Below the pieces are notes generated by a model. It saw nothing but the letters and a program-made list of their open reading frames with translations. It was not told the DNA's origin and did no database searches. Shown here one piece after another: positions 24,201 to 35,158 of a stretch of 64,000 bases of DNA; the stretch's first letter is position 1, and each line of letters opens with the position of its first letter. Source of the DNA: Mustelus asterias (lineage: Eukaryota); assembly GCF_964213995.1 (NCBI RefSeq), contig NW_027590151.1, positions 806,001 to 870,000 on the forward strand, given 5' to 3'. The position numbers and the translations under genes are program-made.

Positions 24201-24789
24201 CCCAGACAGAGGAGAGGGAGGGAGAAAACTGGGAGTGGAGGAAAGAAATGGTGGAGATGGTGAGATGGGTTTGGATTTCAGCCCAGGGAGGAGGGAGAGT
24301 GTGTGGGACGGGGATTTACAGATTTGGGGGAACAAAAGAGGAAAAAATGTTCCAGAAAAACTAGAATTATCTTTTCAGAACTTCTAATCCAGACTTAGTT
24401 ATAATTTTCCTAAATTTCTTTTGCAGGGTGTTAGAAGGGGAGAATTTGCAGATAAAAAGTACAAAAGCAAACATCACATCAATATTTAACAGAATCACCC
24501 GATTCGTCAGGATTTGAATATCATCAACCTTTCACTGTGGAAGGAGGAGAATGTCTGTTCTGTCTGTGGGAAAAGATTTCAAACATCAGTGTGACTGGAA
24601 AAGCACCGAGACACACACACCCGAATGAGAGTGTTCCAGTGAACTGACTGTGGAAAGCGCTTCAACCAGTTACACAGCCTGATAAAACATCACACTATTC
24701 ACAGCGAGGAGAAACTGTACATGTGTTCTGTGTGCGGACGAAGCGTCAACTGATCGTGCAACCTGGAGAGACACAAGGACACCAGCACC

Positions 24790-25728
24790 ATGGAGAAACC
24801 GTGGAAATGTGGGGACTGTGGGAAGGGATTTAATTATCCATCCCGGCTGGAATATCATCGATGCACTCACACTGGAGCCAACATCACACACAGGCCACTG
24901 AAATGTGGGGACTGTGGTAAAGTGATCAGATCCCCATCAGATCTGGAAACTCATCGACGCGGTCACATTGGCGAGAGACCATTCACTTGCTTCAAGTGTG
25001 GGAAGGGATTTGCTCAGACATCCACTCTGCTGAGACACCAGCGAGTTCACACTGGGGCGAGGCCGTTCACCTGCTCCCAATGTGGCATGGGATTCACTCA
25101 GTCATCTCACCTCACTGTACATCAGCAAGTTCACACTGGGGAGAGACCATTTAGCTGCTCTGTGTGTGGGAAGGGATTCACCAGTTTAACTAATCTCACA
25201 TCTCATCAGCTTGTTCACACTGATAAGAGACCTTTTAAATGTTCGGACTGTGATAAGAGCTTCAAAAGCACAAGGAATCTACAGAGACACCAATACATTC
25301 ACTCTAGTCAGAGCCCATTCTCCTGTTCTGTGTGCGGTAAGGGATTCACTCGGTCATTCAGTCTCCTACGACACCAGCGAGTTCATACCGAGGAGAGTCC
25401 GTTCCCTTGCACTAAATGTGGAAAGCGATTCAGTCGGTCGTGCAGCTTGCAGAGACATCAACAAATTCACTCTGCGGAGAACCCATTCATCTGTTTCATC
25501 TGTGGTAAGGGATTCACTCAGTCAGCTCTCCTTCTGAGACACCAGCGTGTTCACTCTACAGAGAGGCCTTTCATCTGCTCTGAGTGTGGGATAGGATTCA
25601 TTCAGTCATTCCAACTGCTGAGACACCAGCGAATTCACACTGGAGAGAGGCCATTCATCTGCTCCCAGTGTGGGAAGGGATTTACTCAGTCCTATCACCT
25701 ACTGAGACACCAGCGAGTTCACGAGTGA
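24790..25728 (+). CDS. C2H2 zinc-finger protein, 11 fingers, 312 aa (ZNF locus 5, type A), intact
   Basis: accATGg start, 11 C2H2 repeats, acceptor TTTTGCAG| at 24426. Confidence 0.88.
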   Translation: MEKPWKCGDCGKGFNYPSRLEYHRCTHTGANITHRPLKCGDCGKVIRSPSDLETHRRGHIGERPFTCFKCGKGFAQTSTLLRHQRVHTGARPFTCSQCGMGFTQSSHLTVHQQVHTGERPFSCSVCGKGFTSLTNLTSHQLVHTDKRPFKCSDCDKSFKSTRNLQRHQYIHSSQSPFSCSVCGKGFTRSFSLLRHQRVHTEESPFPCTKCGKRFSRSCSLQRHQQIHSAENPFICFICGKGFTQSALLLRHQRVHSTERPFICSECGIGFIQSFQLLRHQRIHTGERPFICSQCGKGFTQSYHLLRHQRVHE

Positions 25729-26034
25729 CTGCAGAGTTGGAATCTGCTATTATTGCTCCTGTTAATCACATCCGGGACTGGACTATTTTCATTCTGACAG
25801 GGCTCATTCTTTTCATGATGTTAATAATTCCTGTGACTGCACTGGAGTTTAATATTTTCTTGTAGTGTTAAGTCTAACAGCATTTTGACACTGTGTGTTG
25901 GGTAAAAGTTTAAAGTTTCAAAGTTTATTTATTGTTGATTTCCCCAAGATAAGAGACAAATTGATGTCCTTGTTGTGATATGAAGTTGAGGAAATATACA
26001 TACGAACAAGTAACCAGGATGTAAAGCAGCAAGT

Positions 26035-27245
26035 GACTGAAGTGTTAGTCGGGAGCACTTTGGGATCAATGACCATAATTCGATTAGTTTTAACAATGTT
26101 ATGGAAAAGGATAGGTCTGGTCCACAAGTTAAAGTTCTAAATTGGGGCTTGGCCAATTTTGATGGTATTGTACAGGAACTTTCACAAGCTGATTGGGGAA
26201 GGCTGTTCACAGGTCAAGGAACGTCTGGAATGTGGGATGCTTTCAGAAGCGAGATAGCGAGAGTTCAGGGCCAGCACCTTCCTGTTACTGTAAAGGACAA
26301 AGCCGCCAGGAGAAGGAAACACTCGATGACGAGAGATACCGAGATTCTGGTCAATAAAAAGAAGGAAGCATATGTCAGGTTCAGGCAGCTGGGGTCAAGT
26401 GAATCCCTTGAGGAGTATAGGGAGTGCAGAAGTACACTTAAAATGGAAATCAGGAGGGCAAAAAGGGAACAGGAGATAGCTTTGGCAGATAAGGTCAAAG
26501 AAAATCCAAAGAGATTCTACAAGTATATTAAGGGCAAAAGAGTAATTAGGGAGAGAATAGGCCCCTTAAAGATCAACAAGGTCATTTATGTGTGAAGCCA
26601 CAGGAGATGGGTGAGATCCTAATGGAATATTTCTCATCAGTATTTACCTGGAGAAAGACATGAAAGCTGGGGAATTCAGGATGTAAATAGTGATGTCTTC
26701 AATGGCGCCCACATTACAGAAGACAAGGTGCTGGATGTTTTAAAACACATAAAGGTAGATAAATCTCAAGGACCTGATCAAGTGCATCCCAGGACATTGT
26801 GGGAAGCGAGGGAAACAATTGTGGTGCCCCCTAGCGTATATATTTGTATCATCAACAACCACGGGTGAGGTGCCAGAAGACTGGAGAGAGGCAAATGTTA
26901 CACTGTTATTTGAGAAAGGCAGCAAGGAAAAGCCAGGGAACTACAGACTGGTGATCCTAATGTCAGGGTGGGTAAGTTATTGGACGGTAGTCTGAGAGAC
27001 AGGATCTACATGTATTTGGAAAGGCAAAGGCTGATTATGGATTGTCAGCATCGCTTTGTGCGTGGGAAATTGTGTCTTAAAAATTTAACAGAGCTTTTTG
27101 AAAGGGTGACCAAAAAAAAATAGATGAGGACGGTGCAGTAGATGTTGTCTACATGGACTTCAGCAAGGCCTTCGACAAGGTACCTATGGTAGACTGGCCA
27201 GTTAAGGTTAGACCACATGGGATCCATGGAGAACTAGCCAGACTC
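26035..27245 (+). mobile_element. Decayed CR1 ORF2 fragment
   Basis: KMEIRRAKREQEIALADKVKENPKRFYKYIK, plus decayed GNYR and QHRFV motifs. Confidence 0.85.
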
Positions 27246-28311
27246 GTGAATGGGCCTACCTTGCACTAAATTGATCTTTCTCTACACCCAAGCTATGACT
27301 GTAACACTACATCCTGCACTCTCTCATTTCCTTCTCTATGAACAGTATGCTTTGTCTGTACAGTGTGCAAGAAACAATACTTTTCACTGTATACTAATAC
27401 ATATGACAATAATGTAAGGGACTGAGGACAATTTGTGGGGAAGACATTTACCAGTGTTCTTTGTCCCTTGTGGGTTTCAGTGTCCTGTTTGCCGGGCGGG
27501 TGCTGTGAACAGGATGCTGTTGGTTGAGTGATGTGGGCTGGGCCAATGGGATTGCTCTGGGGGCGGGAGGAAAAAAAGGCGCCAGGAAGTGAAGCAGCTG
27601 CAGAGCTGAGGAGGGAGTGTGCAGAAGAGGGACAGCCACGTTTTTGGAGAGAAGCTTTTCGGAGGCAGTAAAAACTCAGTTCGAAGTGAACCTTTCTCAG
27701 GTAGAACTGCTTGGTTTTTCATGACTGCCGAGGAGGACAGCCTTCAGCGCACGGGATCTGTGTTACTACACAGATGGCTCGCGGCACCTCTGCCTCGTGT
27801 GCTTGCTCCATCATCTTCCCTCTCATAGACCCGTCTGGACTGTGTGTGTCTCGGGGTTAAGTGAGTACTATCAGACAGGAACGGTAACAGAATGTGGTTT
27901 CCTTCCGATGTGCACCAACGGATGGGCCCCAACGTTTAAAATTCAAAGTGCTTGGTGATATTCTAATCATTTCTCAGCTTGAAACTGTTATTTGGAAAAT
28001 CTTCAGTTGGGATTCTTTACTTGTTTATATCTGCTAATTATATTTGTTATTAAATTTTTTTGTTATTCCGTTTACCTTGTTGTTCCGAACCTTTTCTCAT
28101 TATAAGGTTTATCTCAATAACATTTTTGGAGGCACCGCGCTAAACATACTCAAATCCTTTTCATGCAAGCCTGTACTGGCCTTTATGGGTAAACAGGAAA
28201 TTTAGCCAGCTCACCATCAACTGCTAGGAATTCAGGATCCTGTCAATCGAACAGTTAAATAGTAGCCCCATATCGTGATCAGCAGGGGGTTACAATAATA
28301 AATCAAATCAA
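27246..28311 (+). mobile_element. Rex1/Babar-type LINE 3' UTR fragment split by a solo LTR
   Basis: Matches the 3' end at 48430-48622; tail (AATCA)n resumes after the LTR. Confidence 0.6.
27413..28294. mobile_element. Solo LTR (882 bp)
   Basis: TGTAA...TTACA inverted termini and 4-bp TSD ATAA; removing it restores GACAATAATAAATCAAATC. Confidence 0.8.
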
Positions 28312-28838
28312 AAATTGAATACAAAATTGGCTTGCTGGTCGGAGACAGAGGGTGGTGGTCGAGGGTTGCTTTTCAAACTGGAATTAGAGCTGGAGATGGA
28401 TGGTCAGTTCCCCTGTGTCCGGGGCTGGGGGATTCACACTCATTTCCCCAGGGCACTCATTATCACTGCAATTTTACAGGAGAAAGTCCCCACTTCAATC
28501 CTGCCTGCAAACTTTGTGTTTAAAATTGTTACTGAGGAGGAATTAACAGTGAGTTTAGTTTCATGTTGAACAGGATGAGAGTTACTGTTGTCTCCTTCTT
28601 AAAACTCCTTCTTCATCTTTAAACAGGTAACGGTAAGTCAGAGAAAACTATCCACAGTGACCCCAAAACTAGACACTGCAAATCTGACCTCAAAACAGTG
28701 AATATCTTCCCAAACTCAAAGCAGGTGAACAGCCCCTCCCCAATGTGAACTTGGTATACAGTGAGTTGAAATGATCCCCTGAACCCAGTCTCTCATCAGT
28801 GTGAAAACATTGATGAGACATTAGTAATCCACAATTTT

Positions 28839-29144
28839 GGGTGACACGGTGACACAATGGTTAGCACTGCTGCCACATAGCGCCAGGGATCTGGGTTCAA
28901 TTCTGCCCTCGTGTCACTGTCTGTGTGGAGTTTGCACATTCTCCCCATCTGCATGGGTTTCCTCTGGGTGCTCCAGTTTCCTCCCACAGTCCAAAGATTT
29001 GCAGGTTTGTTTGATTGGCCATGCTAAATTGACCCGAGTGTCAGGGGTAAATATGTGGGGTTACGGGAATAGGGCCTGGGAGGGATTGTGATTGGTGCAG
29101 ACTCAATGGGCCGAATGGCCTCCTTCTGCAATGTAGGGATTCTA
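28839..29144 (+). mobile_element. HE1-type V-SINE
   Basis: Head, V-domain and tail. Confidence 0.85.
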
Positions 29145-29224
29145 TAAAACTTTTATAGCAGCTCCCACAGTCTGGGCATTTTTAAGATCTCTCCTGTTTG
29201 CCAGGTGCGTGAGTGAATCCCTTC

Positions 29225-29870
29225 TGTTAGGGTCCTGGACCCGGAGCCCCTAAATTACATTCGGAAGCCAGGCGAGACCCCAGCAATTTTTTTATTTCGG
29301 CATAAATGTGAGGATAGGATGCTTCTGACGAGGAGAAATTCCACTGACAAATTAGGGATCTTTCATAGTAAAGCTAACTTTATTTAATATCACAGTTTAA
29401 ATATAACTCTAACAAATGAATCAGCTTAATCATTAACAGTTGAACAACATTTAAAAATGCAAAGAAACAATCTTAATTTCTAACTTATCACTATTTCAGT
29501 TCCAAATGAGCAACATTACTCTTATAGTTGTAAGTGCCACCTTAAATATAGTTAGTAACCATAAATATAGTTGAGTGTAGATAGTCTTAACGCTTTCAGA
29601 AAGACAACAAGTCTCAGAGCAGCTTGTAGAAACCCTCTATCTTCAAACGATCAGAACTGCAAAAGCTTCTTTCTCCCTGCAAACACCCACTATCACATGA
29701 CCTGTCAATCAAATCTAGAAATCCCAGAGAAATGTCTTGTTTAAACAAAAGCCCATCAGCTCTATCAAAGTAACTGATTCCCAGCTTTCACAACCCTTGA
29801 GAGACACAGACACACCAGATACCTGCAGAATAAAGCTGGATTTTTAAACATTCCCCCTCAGCAGAAAAAC
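29225..29870 (-). mobile_element. LTR-like element (homologous to ~16400-17487)
   Basis: TGTTAGGGTCCTGGACC terminus; reverse complement aligns with 17280-17487 and 16420-16575. Confidence 0.5.
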
Positions 29871-30239
29871 ATACACCCACTGCAATACTATCATCACGCT
29901 TCCCACACTTGAAGCAGATAAATGACCTCTCCCCAGTTTAAACCCACTGGTGTCTAACAAGCTGAGAAGACTGAATGATCCCTTGCCTTACTCAGAGCAG
30001 GTAAAGGGCATTTCCCCAGTGTGTGTTTCCAGCTCTGATGGTTAATTGAATGTCGCTTTATACTCTCCACATTTCCATGGTTTCTGCCAAATGTGACTGG
30101 TTATCAATGATGCTGATTTCTTCCATGTTCAAAACTTTCTACTTTTCAGGTTATGATAAATTCTGTGGCTACATCCAATCCTGATCTGATGTTTTGTGAG
30201 AGTTTCCTGGCCACAAATCCTCCAAGACTGACTATATTA

Positions 30240-32130
30240 ACATTATCTCAGGATTGCTACCAGTGCCATGTACTATTCAGAGTCGAAACAGCAGGATATA
30301 TTGGGTGAATACCTGGCTGAAAAGATGATGTGAGAGGCAGGGTTTCAGATTCCTGGGACATTGCGACTGGTTCTGGGGAAGGTGGGACCAGTACAAACTG
30401 GACAGGGCCAGGACTGATGTCCCTGGGGGGGTTGGGAGTGTACTTGTTGAGTCATTGGGAAGGTTTAAACTAAAATGGCAGGGAGATGGAAACCTATGTA
30501 AGGATTCAGAGCAGAGGGTATCAAGAACAAGAGAAAAAGACAGCAAGAAGAATAAGAAAAGTGATAGGCAGAGAATCGAGAGCCAGAATCAGATACGGAC
30601 ACAGTAAAAAATGGTAGGAACTGGACAACAAATGTTAAAAGGACTAGCCTGAAGGTTTTGTCCATGAACGCTTGGAGCATTCAAAATAAAATGGATGAAT
30701 TTGTTGCACAGTTAGATGTAAAGGGGTATGATACAGTTGGGACTACAGAGACATAGCTCCAAGGTGACCAAGGATGGGAACTAAACATTGAGGGCTATTC
30801 AGTGTTTAGGAAGGACAGACATAAACAAAAACATGGTGGAGTTGCATTGTTAATTAAGGATGATATGTGGAATATGTATGGGTCAAGTTAAGCCACACCA
30901 AGGGGCAAAAAACATTTGTGGGTGTGGTATACAGACTACCAAATTAATGGTAATGTTAGGAAAAGCATTAGACAGGAAATCAGAGATGCATGTGTTAAAT
31001 AAATATCTGTGATTATAGGTGACTTTAATCTGCATACAGATTGGGTGATCAAATTAATCACATTACAATAGAGGAGGAATTTTTGGAGTGGTCTTCTGGC
31101 CCAATACTTTTGAGGAGCTAAGGGAGCATGCCATCTTGAACTGGGTATTGTGCAATGAGAAAGGATTGACAATCTAGTTGTGAGAGAACCCTTGGGGATG
31201 AGCGACCATAATATGATAGAATTCTTTGTCAAAGTGGATAATGATGTAGTTGATTCTGACACCAGAGTCCTGAATTTCAGTAAAGGTAACTATAATGGAT
31301 TGAGGCATGAATTGGCTATGATGGACTGGGAAACATGACTGAAAGGAAGGACAGTGGACAGACAATGTTAAAGTTTATTAGTCACAAGTAAGGCTGACAT
31401 TAACACTGCAATGAAGTTACTGTGAAATTCCCCTCGTCGCCACAGTCCGGCGCCTGTTCGGGTCAATGCATCTAACAACACGTCTTTCAGAATTTGGGAG
31501 GAAACCGGAGCACCCGGAGGAAACCCACGCGGACACGGGGAGAACATGCAAACTCCACAGAGACAGTGACCCAAGCCAGGAATCGAACCCGGCAGCATTG
31601 CGAACCACTATGCCACCCACGGTAGGCATTTAAGGAACAAGTAGGTGAACTTAAAGTTGTTTACTCCTATTTGGCACAAGAGTGGAAAAGGAACTGTAGC
31701 CAAACCATTGCTTCCAAGGGAAATTAGAGAGAGCATTAGATTCCAAGAAGAAGCATAAAAATTGGCAAGAAAAAGCAAAAGACCTGAGGATTGGGAGCAG
31801 TTTACAATACAGCAAAGGAGGACCAAGGAATTGATTCAGAAGGAGAAATTAGAATATGAAAGTAAGCTAGTGGGGAACATAAAAACTGAGTGTAAAAGGT
31901 TCTATAGGTATGTAAAGAGAAAAAGGTTGACAAAACGAATGTAGGCCCTTTACAGTCAGAAACAGGAGAATTCATAACGGGGAATAAAGAAGTGGCTGAG
32001 GAACTAAATTCGTACTTTGCTTCTGAATTCACAAAAGAATATCCCATGATTCAAAAAGGGAGGAAGCGAGAAAATGGGGAACTATAGACTACTGAGCCTA
32101 ATGTAGGTAGTAGGGAAGTTGCTAGGGTCA
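30240..32130 (+). mobile_element. Decayed CR1 LINE retaining the ORF1 end, ORF1/ORF2 junction and endonuclease
   Basis: ORF1-like NTWLKR..ERQGFRFLGH, GGTTTAAACTAA at 30462-30473, then decayed NAWSIQNK, GGVALL and IGDFN motifs. Confidence 0.8.
31369..31618 (-). mobile_element. V-SINE second family nested in CR1
   Basis: Same body and tail as 19885-20134. Confidence 0.8.
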
Positions 32131-32676
32131 GCATAACCAAAGTCTTATACAGCTGCAACATGTTTTCCCAATTCTTATACTCAGCGTCTCGACCGATTTA
32201 AGGCCAGCATGCGATTCGCCCTCTTGACCACTTTGTCCACCTGAGTTGCCACGTTCAGGGTACTGTGGATCTGCACACTTAAATCCCTCTGTGCGCCAAC
32301 ATTTCTAAGGACTCTAGCATTTACTGTATACTTTCCTTCTGCAGTAGACCTTCCAAATTACATCACCTCACGTTTGTCTGTGTTAAATTCCATCTAGTAA
32401 GAAGTCTCACAACACCAGGTTAAAGTCCAACAGGTTTATTTGGTAGCAAAAGCCATAAGCTTTCGGAGCACTGCTCCTCGAAGGATTTCAGGAAGGAAGT
32501 AGATTTGGCTCTTGGGGCTAAAGGTATCAAGGGATATGGATGAGGAGGGGTGGGGGAGAAGAGGCAGGATCAGGATATTGATTTTGATGATCAGCCATGA
32601 TAATAATGAATGGTGGAGCAGGCTTGAAGGGCCGAATGGCCTATTCCTGATTCTATTTTCTATGCATGTTTCTATG
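32130..32676. mobile_element. Composite: inverted CR1 piece, Penelope terminus (32396-32478) and CR1 tail
   Basis: ACAACACCAGGTTAAAGTCCAACAGG Penelope signature; CR1 tail GGGCCGAATGGCCT...TTCTATG. Confidence 0.65.
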
Positions 32677-32773
32677 TAACAGAGCTGGGGTTATTTTTCA
32701 ATTCAGCAGAAATAGACTCAAATGAATGTGGTTCAGTCTGAATATGAAAAACAGCAAAATCCAATCACAATAA

Positions 32774-33358
32774 TTACTTATGAATTCGCTGATGTGTCAG
32801 CAGAGTGGACGACTGACTGAATCCCTTCCCACACACACAGCAGATGAATGGCTTCTCTCCAGTGTGAATTCGTTGGTGTCTCAGCAGATTGGCTGAGTGA
32901 GTAAATCCCTTCCCACACTGGGAACAGACGAATGGCCTCTCCCCAGTGTGAACTCGCTGGTGTTTTGCTAGGTTGGATGACTCCTTGAATTTCTTCCCAC
33001 ACACAGAGCAGGTGAATGGTCTGGCCTCAGTGTGAATTCGCCGGTGTTTTGCTAGGTTGGCTGACTGACTGAATCTCTTCCCACACTGGGAGCAAGTGAA
33101 CGGCCTCTCCCCAGTGTGAACTCGCTTGTGTAATGCTAGGTTGAATGACTGATTGAATCCCTTCCCGCACACACAGCAGCTGAATGGTCTCTCCTTAGTG
33201 TGAATCCTTTGGTGTATACGCAAGCTGGATGACTGAATGAATCCCCTCCCGCATCGGGAGCAGGTGAATGGCCTCTCCCCAGTGTGACAGCATCGATGAG
33301 TTTCCAGCTGCGATGGGTATTTGAATCCCTTCCCACAGTCCTCACATTGCCATGCCAT
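32774..33358 (-). CDS. C2H2 zinc-finger protein (ZNF locus 6, type B): 8 fingers in frame, 7 from the first ATG
   Basis: ORF 32774-33481 is uninterrupted, but the family start aacATGgaa reads aatATAgaa; first ATG at 33358 (MAWQC). Confidence 0.65.
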   Translation of the reverse strand: MAWQCEDCGKGFKYPSQLETHRCCHTGERPFTCSRCGRGFIQSSSLRIHQRIHTKERPFSCCVCGKGFNQSFNLALHKRVHTGERPFTCSQCGKRFSQSANLAKHRRIHTEARPFTCSVCGKKFKESSNLAKHQRVHTGERPFVCSQCGKGFTHSANLLRHQRIHTGEKPFICCVCGKGFSQSSTLLTHQRIHK

Positions 33359-34496
33359 CTCCTTGTTGTGACTGTAATTATGTTCCGAAAGGCTGGATGA
33401 TTGGTTGAAGTCTTGTCCACACACACAACACGTGTACAGTTTCTCTCCACTGTGGATGGCGCTGTTTTCTTCTATATTCAAAACACAATGATATTCAGGT
33501 TACAATAACTTGGCCGACTCCATCAGGTTCTGATACCACGTTTGGTTTGCGTTTCCCCACTGCAAATCCTCCTCTTCTAAATCAAACTGATTTAAAACAG
33601 CAAAAAGGGAGTGAGAGAGAACCCACAAAAACACAAAGGCAAGTTGTGAAATTGAGCTGAATGAATCTGGTATTTTGTGGGACCGGAGTGAGGAAAAGGT
33701 AAACATAAAAGCTGCTGAATTGTCATAAAAACCCAACTGAGTCACTAAGGTCCTTCAGGGAAGGGTATGTGCCACCTGGTCTGGGTCTACACAAGAATCT
33801 GGGCACTGTGTGAGGTGACAGAGAGAAGTGGGAGAGGCAGTGGCGAAGAAAAGGGATTTCAAACATCTATAACTCGACGGGAACTTTGACAGAATCTCCC
33901 AAACTCTCAATCTCCATCACCTATAAGGACCAAGGTAGCAGGTAGATGTGAACACCATCACCTCCAAGTTCGCTTTTAACTCACACACCATCCTGACTTG
34001 TCTGACATCCAGTACTAAAAGAACAGAAAATTCTTCCATATAAATACTGGGAAGACTGAACCCATTGAGTTCAGTTCCCACTACAAATTCCACTCTCTCA
34101 CCACCAAATCTACCCCTCTTCCTAGCAACTGTCTTGGGGTGAAATATTTCACCCCAAGATGAGCTTCCAGCCACATATCATCATCATCAAGACTGCCTAT
34201 TTGTGACATGAAACTCAGGAGAATGAGGATATAGAGGGAGAATGGAACTGACTGAATTGCTCTGCAGAGAGTTGCCATGGATTTGAGTTGCCAAATGGAT
34301 TCCTTCTATGCTGTAATTTTGCATGACTGTAACACTACATACTCTACCTCTCCTTTCCTTTTCTATGTACAGTATGCTTTGCCTGTGTAGCACGCAAAAA
34401 ACAATACTTTTCATTATACACTAATCCAAGAATAGAATCCCTATAGAATCGGGAAGACAATCCCCTGGGGCGGTTCCCCTCCATAATAGGTTTTCG

Positions 34497-35108
34497 GTGC
34501 TGGAGGCTACAGTTGAGGAGGAATCAACTGAGCATAGAGAGCAGATCTCTGGGGGTGAGCCGAGTGAGAAAGCTCAGGTGGTTAGGGGCTGTAAAAGACT
34601 GGGCCTTGTGATTGGGGACTCCACAATTAAGGGGACAGATGGGAGGGTCGGAACTAAAGGTAGGGACTCAGGGTTGGTGTGTTGCCTACCAGGGGCTGGG
34701 GTCCGGGATGTGTCTGACAGGGTATTCAGGACTCTTAGGGGGGAGGGAGATAAACCACAAGTTATTGTACATGTGGGGACACACGACATAGGGAGGATAG
34801 GGGAAGGGGTTATTAGGCAGGGATTTATGGAGTTGGGGTGGAAACTAAAGGCCAAGACTGACAGAGTGGTTATCTCTGGACTCTTGCCTGTACCACGGGA
34901 TAGTTTAGAGAGGAATAGGGAGAGGGAAGGTTTGAATTCATGGCTGAGGGGATGGTGCAGGAGGGAGGGGTTCAGGTACTTAAGCAATTGGGGCTCGTAC
35001 TGGGGAAGGTGTGACCTCTATGAGAAGGATGGTCTACACCTTAATCAGAAGGGGACCAATATCCTGGGGGGTAAATTTGCTAAGGCCATGCAGGGAGGTT
35101 TAAACTGA
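34497..35108 (+). CDS. CR1 ORF1, partial (SGNH esterase-like domain)
   Basis: VIGDS, CLPGAGV, VHVGTHD, DGLHLN motifs. Confidence 0.85.
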   Translation: MLEATVEEESTEHREQISGGEPSEKAQVVRGCKRLGLVIGDSTIKGTDGRVGTKGRDSGLVCCLPGAGVRDVSDRVFRTLRGEGDKPQVIVHVGTHDIGRIGEGVIRQGFMELGWKLKAKTDRVVISGLLPVPRDSLERNREREGLNSWLRGWCRREGFRYLSNWGSYWGRCDLYEKDGLHLNQKGTNILGGKFAKAMQGGLN

Positions 35109-35158
35109 TTCGGGGGGGGGGAGGGATCCTGAGTAGTGGGGCTGAAAGTGAGGGATGC

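Larger units (their letters stand above)
28700..30230 (-). pseudogene. Heavily decayed C2H2 ZNF relic interrupted by a SINE and an LTR-like element
   Basis: Finger remnants at 28700-28830, 29145-29224 and 29890-30130; type B-like AACATGGAAGAAA near 30118-30130. Confidence 0.6.

Noticed and set aside
24640-24642. In-frame TGA at a zinc-ligand Cys position (TGA in loci 1, 5, 8; TGC in locus 2), suggesting selenocysteine fingers
   Set aside because: Other TGAs lie at non-Cys positions, loci 1 and 2 have a frameshift in the same leader, and no SECIS was recognised; decay is the simpler explanation.
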